A stretch of DNA of 64,000 nt from Octopus sinensis. Lineage: Eukaryota. The stretch is taken from NCBI RefSeq assembly GCF_006345805.1, contig NC_043023.1, forward strand, positions 10,664,001-10,728,000, in the 5' to 3' direction. Made by a program: the position numbers and the translations under genes. Below, one piece after another: positions 63,440 through 64,000 of the stretch. Under the pieces are notes generated by a model that was given only the letters and a program-made list of their open reading frames with translations, made no database searches and was not told where the DNA came from. Each line of letters starts with the position of its first letter. Positions within the stretch are counted from its first letter, which is position 1.

Positions 63440-63975
63440 ATCTGTTATTCGGCATGGTGGATTAAATGTTCTGGTTGAACAAAATCCGAGAACGAAGGTT
63501 CAAAACCCTTCATCAGAACTCCAAACATCCCACACAACTGTTTTTTGGGCACTGTAAAAAAAGAAATTGGAAAATTCCATAAAACGCATAGGTTTGTTCC
63601 ATGTCAACTGAACGAGATTTCAAACAACAGACGCGCCTCGAAATGTGCTCTTTATTGCTTTCTCGACTGGAAAAGACCATTTTTGTATCAAATCATTATT
63701 TGTGATGAGAAAAGGATATTCTTTGACAACGGCAGGAGAACAGGACAGTGATTAGATGCAGGAGAATCATCTAAACACTACCCAAACCCACCATGTTGGT
63801 GGTCACTGTATGGAGGTCTGCGAAGGGAGTTATTCATTATTCACCTTTGCAATAAGGAAAAACGGTAACAGCAGCATCGTATGGTCAGGAAATTGATTAT
63901 ATGCATGAGAATTTGAAAAAGAAAAAACCCAGCCCAGTGAATAGAGATGGCCCAATTTTGCACGTCCTCACACTC
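63440..63975 (+). mobile_element. Degenerate mariner transposase
   Basis: FVPCQLNE..R...C...PFLYQIIICDEKRIFFDNGRR..Q*LDAGE..KHYPKP corresponds to the WVPHEL and first catalytic D (CDEKW) region of DD34D transposases. Confidence 0.8.
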
Positions 63976-64000
63976 CATAACCTACAGTCCAGTGGAGGCG

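Overview
Eukaryotic, AT-rich, repeat-dense DNA, most likely from an octopus (inferred from the [17 protein letters not shown] finger style and the SINE families). It holds a head-to-tail cluster of five minus-strand poly-C2H2 zinc-finger genes: A 8523-9899 (15 fingers), B 22851-24563 (20, two degenerate), C 33190-34632 (16), D 46762-48204 (16) and E 55358-56892 (17, frameshifted). A young tandem segmental duplication (~35200-48735 / ~48735-57239) runs into a 100-N gap. The most striking accessory feature is a family of GGATC-ended TIR elements with 8-bp target-site duplications (Merlin-like by inference) whose own termini have been amplified into 147-bp or 103-bp satellite arrays. They sit beside or inside every ZNF gene, show subfamily chimerism, and one insertion carries ~40 units in one duplicate and 7 in the other. 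Other content: tRNA-derived SINEs (several as tandem multimers), non-autonomous Helitrons, piggyBac, hAT, mariner, CR1 and Tx1 remnants, 5S rRNA pseudogenes and microsatellites. All calls are by eye; no database search or alignment was run.
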